Positions 62,511 to 64,000 of a stretch of 64,000 nucleotides of DNA are shown here, in pieces (position 1 is the stretch's first letter; each line of letters opens with the position of its first letter). Under the pieces are notes generated by a model. The model had not been told where the DNA came from, made no database searches, and was given only the letters and a program-made list of their open reading frames with translations. Source of the stretch: Tubiluchus corallicola (lineage: Eukaryota > Animalia > Priapulida); the NCBI GenBank assembly GCA_030141605.1, contig JAQGDQ010000022.1, forward strand, positions 744,001 to 808,000, in the 5' to 3' direction. The translations under genes were made by a program, and so were the position numbers.

Positions 62511-64000
62511 CACTTCACCATTAATAGGTGAAATCAGTTATGTAGACTAATATAAATATATGTAGACTAATATATAATATAAATTAATGAACAATTAACA
62601 AAAACCCAGTGGAAACAATCAAGCGGGACAGAAATTGGCGCTAACGTGCTGCATTTCCGAATTTTCAGGCGAACATTTCTACTTGCATATTGTCTATGAG
62701 CCAGACTAGATATTCGTATAGCCTGTTGGGACAACATATGTTTTTAAAGCCCTAATACCTCTAAATAAAGAAAGCACTTGATGAGCACTCGCTACACACA
62801 GCTTAATTATTAGCAAGTAACTGTAAACATTAATTTCTCCACAGTCTTTCCCAACATGTTTTTACTTTTTAAAATGTTGTAAGTCTGGTCATCGATACAA
62901 TCTGTTGTAATTACATCACTAGAAAGGTCACAGAATTTAACTCAAACCCAAAATCAAGCAAGCCTTAGTGCTTATATAAATGAGATTATTATGATTTTGA
63001 TGGTGTCACGCCATGTCGACACTATCTTGTTCTGTTTGCGGGAGGCAAATATCAGGAAGTTTCTTACACGGCCTACAAAACTACGGTGACAAAATTGGTG
63101 TTAATTAGTTTCTCAGAGACTCATTTATCTGAAACTTGGCAACATTAAGTTTCCATCAGATAATTTCCAGGTCAGAGATAGGTAGCATAAGCGATCAAAT
63201 GTAAACCATTCAATTAGTAAGGGAGAACAGGTAGTTTTTAGTTCGACCTGTTTCAGGGTCTTGTACTGATTATCGGCTGCAAACCTTGAAATTCAGGCTT
63301 TAAATTGCATCACCGTAGAATGCTCTAGATAATAACATACACACATTGCATAATTGCATTACGTCGTGTAGTCGTGCAATAATCTGCTGTAATGCTATTA
63401 ATGCTTCTATGATATAGCGTATAAGCATTTTTATATACGCGCGAACACACACGGTGCAAAAACTTTTATAATTTCGCAAATTTATACATATTGACAAAAT
63501 GACAAAATTTAAAGCACGTATAAAACATACTATTTATTTTTTCGAAAACAACTATTTCAGTCTTTTTGCACAAACAGGGTATTTTGCCGGGATTACTACT
63601 TGGCTTATAGTTTGTAAAGGGTTGGTTGTCATTCTGAATGTTCATGGTTCAAAGCCCGATTTGAACATAAATTTTCACTGCCTTATTTTCTCACCTCACC
63701 TCACGTCACCTGAAAAGTACATGTATGCTACAAGTGTAGTAAATTAAAACGTCTGAAATAGCTATTATTTTGAGGTCAGCTAAGCAGGAAATACTTAATT
63801 GAGCTAAATGTTTTAACGCGAATAATTTTATTCATGTTATAATTTTAAGGTTATAATAGTGAATCACGGAATAATATCACAATTAGTAAACTTTTTGAAA
63901 CCAACCTGACCCGAAAGAAAGGGAGTTATACGAGCGCATCTAATATTTGTTATATTTTTATAAAGTTGGCGATAAATCTGTGGTGATGAACATACAATTG

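Noticed and set aside
58400-64000. Candidate first (signal peptide) exon of the TEP, e.g. donors near 59457, 60090, 61334 and 62107
   Set aside because: None gives ATG plus a hydrophobic leader ending in the required phase 2; the exon is probably outside the window or was missed.

Overview
AT-rich, intron-rich animal (probably invertebrate) genomic DNA. The window is dominated by one minus-strand gene, about 49 kb of which is traced here, encoding a CD109/iTEP-type thioester-containing protein. I traced 31 constitutive coding exons by hand from 58360 to the stop at 9427. They contain an RKKR processing site, an intact GCGEQ thioester, a His at the catalytic position and a GPI-type C-terminus. 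The signal-peptide exon was not found. Between constitutive exons 47362-47569 and 19114-19231 lies a tandem array of 14 paralogous bait/variable-region exons: 10 intact and 4 degenerate. Each intact exon has a highly divergent 5' part, ends in a conserved R-x-x-F-P-E-S-W-L-W-x-N motif, and is phase 1/phase 2 (3n+1 nt), so skipping the array or joining two exons breaks the frame. This looks like a mutually exclusive splicing cassette that diversifies a membrane-anchored innate-immune protein and evolves by exon birth and death. A young full-length BEL/Pao LTR retrotransposon with a SAP-like Gag N-terminus sits inside the array. The window also holds an intronless SLC6 transporter gene, a truncated LINE, a Mutator-like non-autonomous element and several micro/minisatellites. 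All coordinates and alignments were done by eye; there is no expression evidence.
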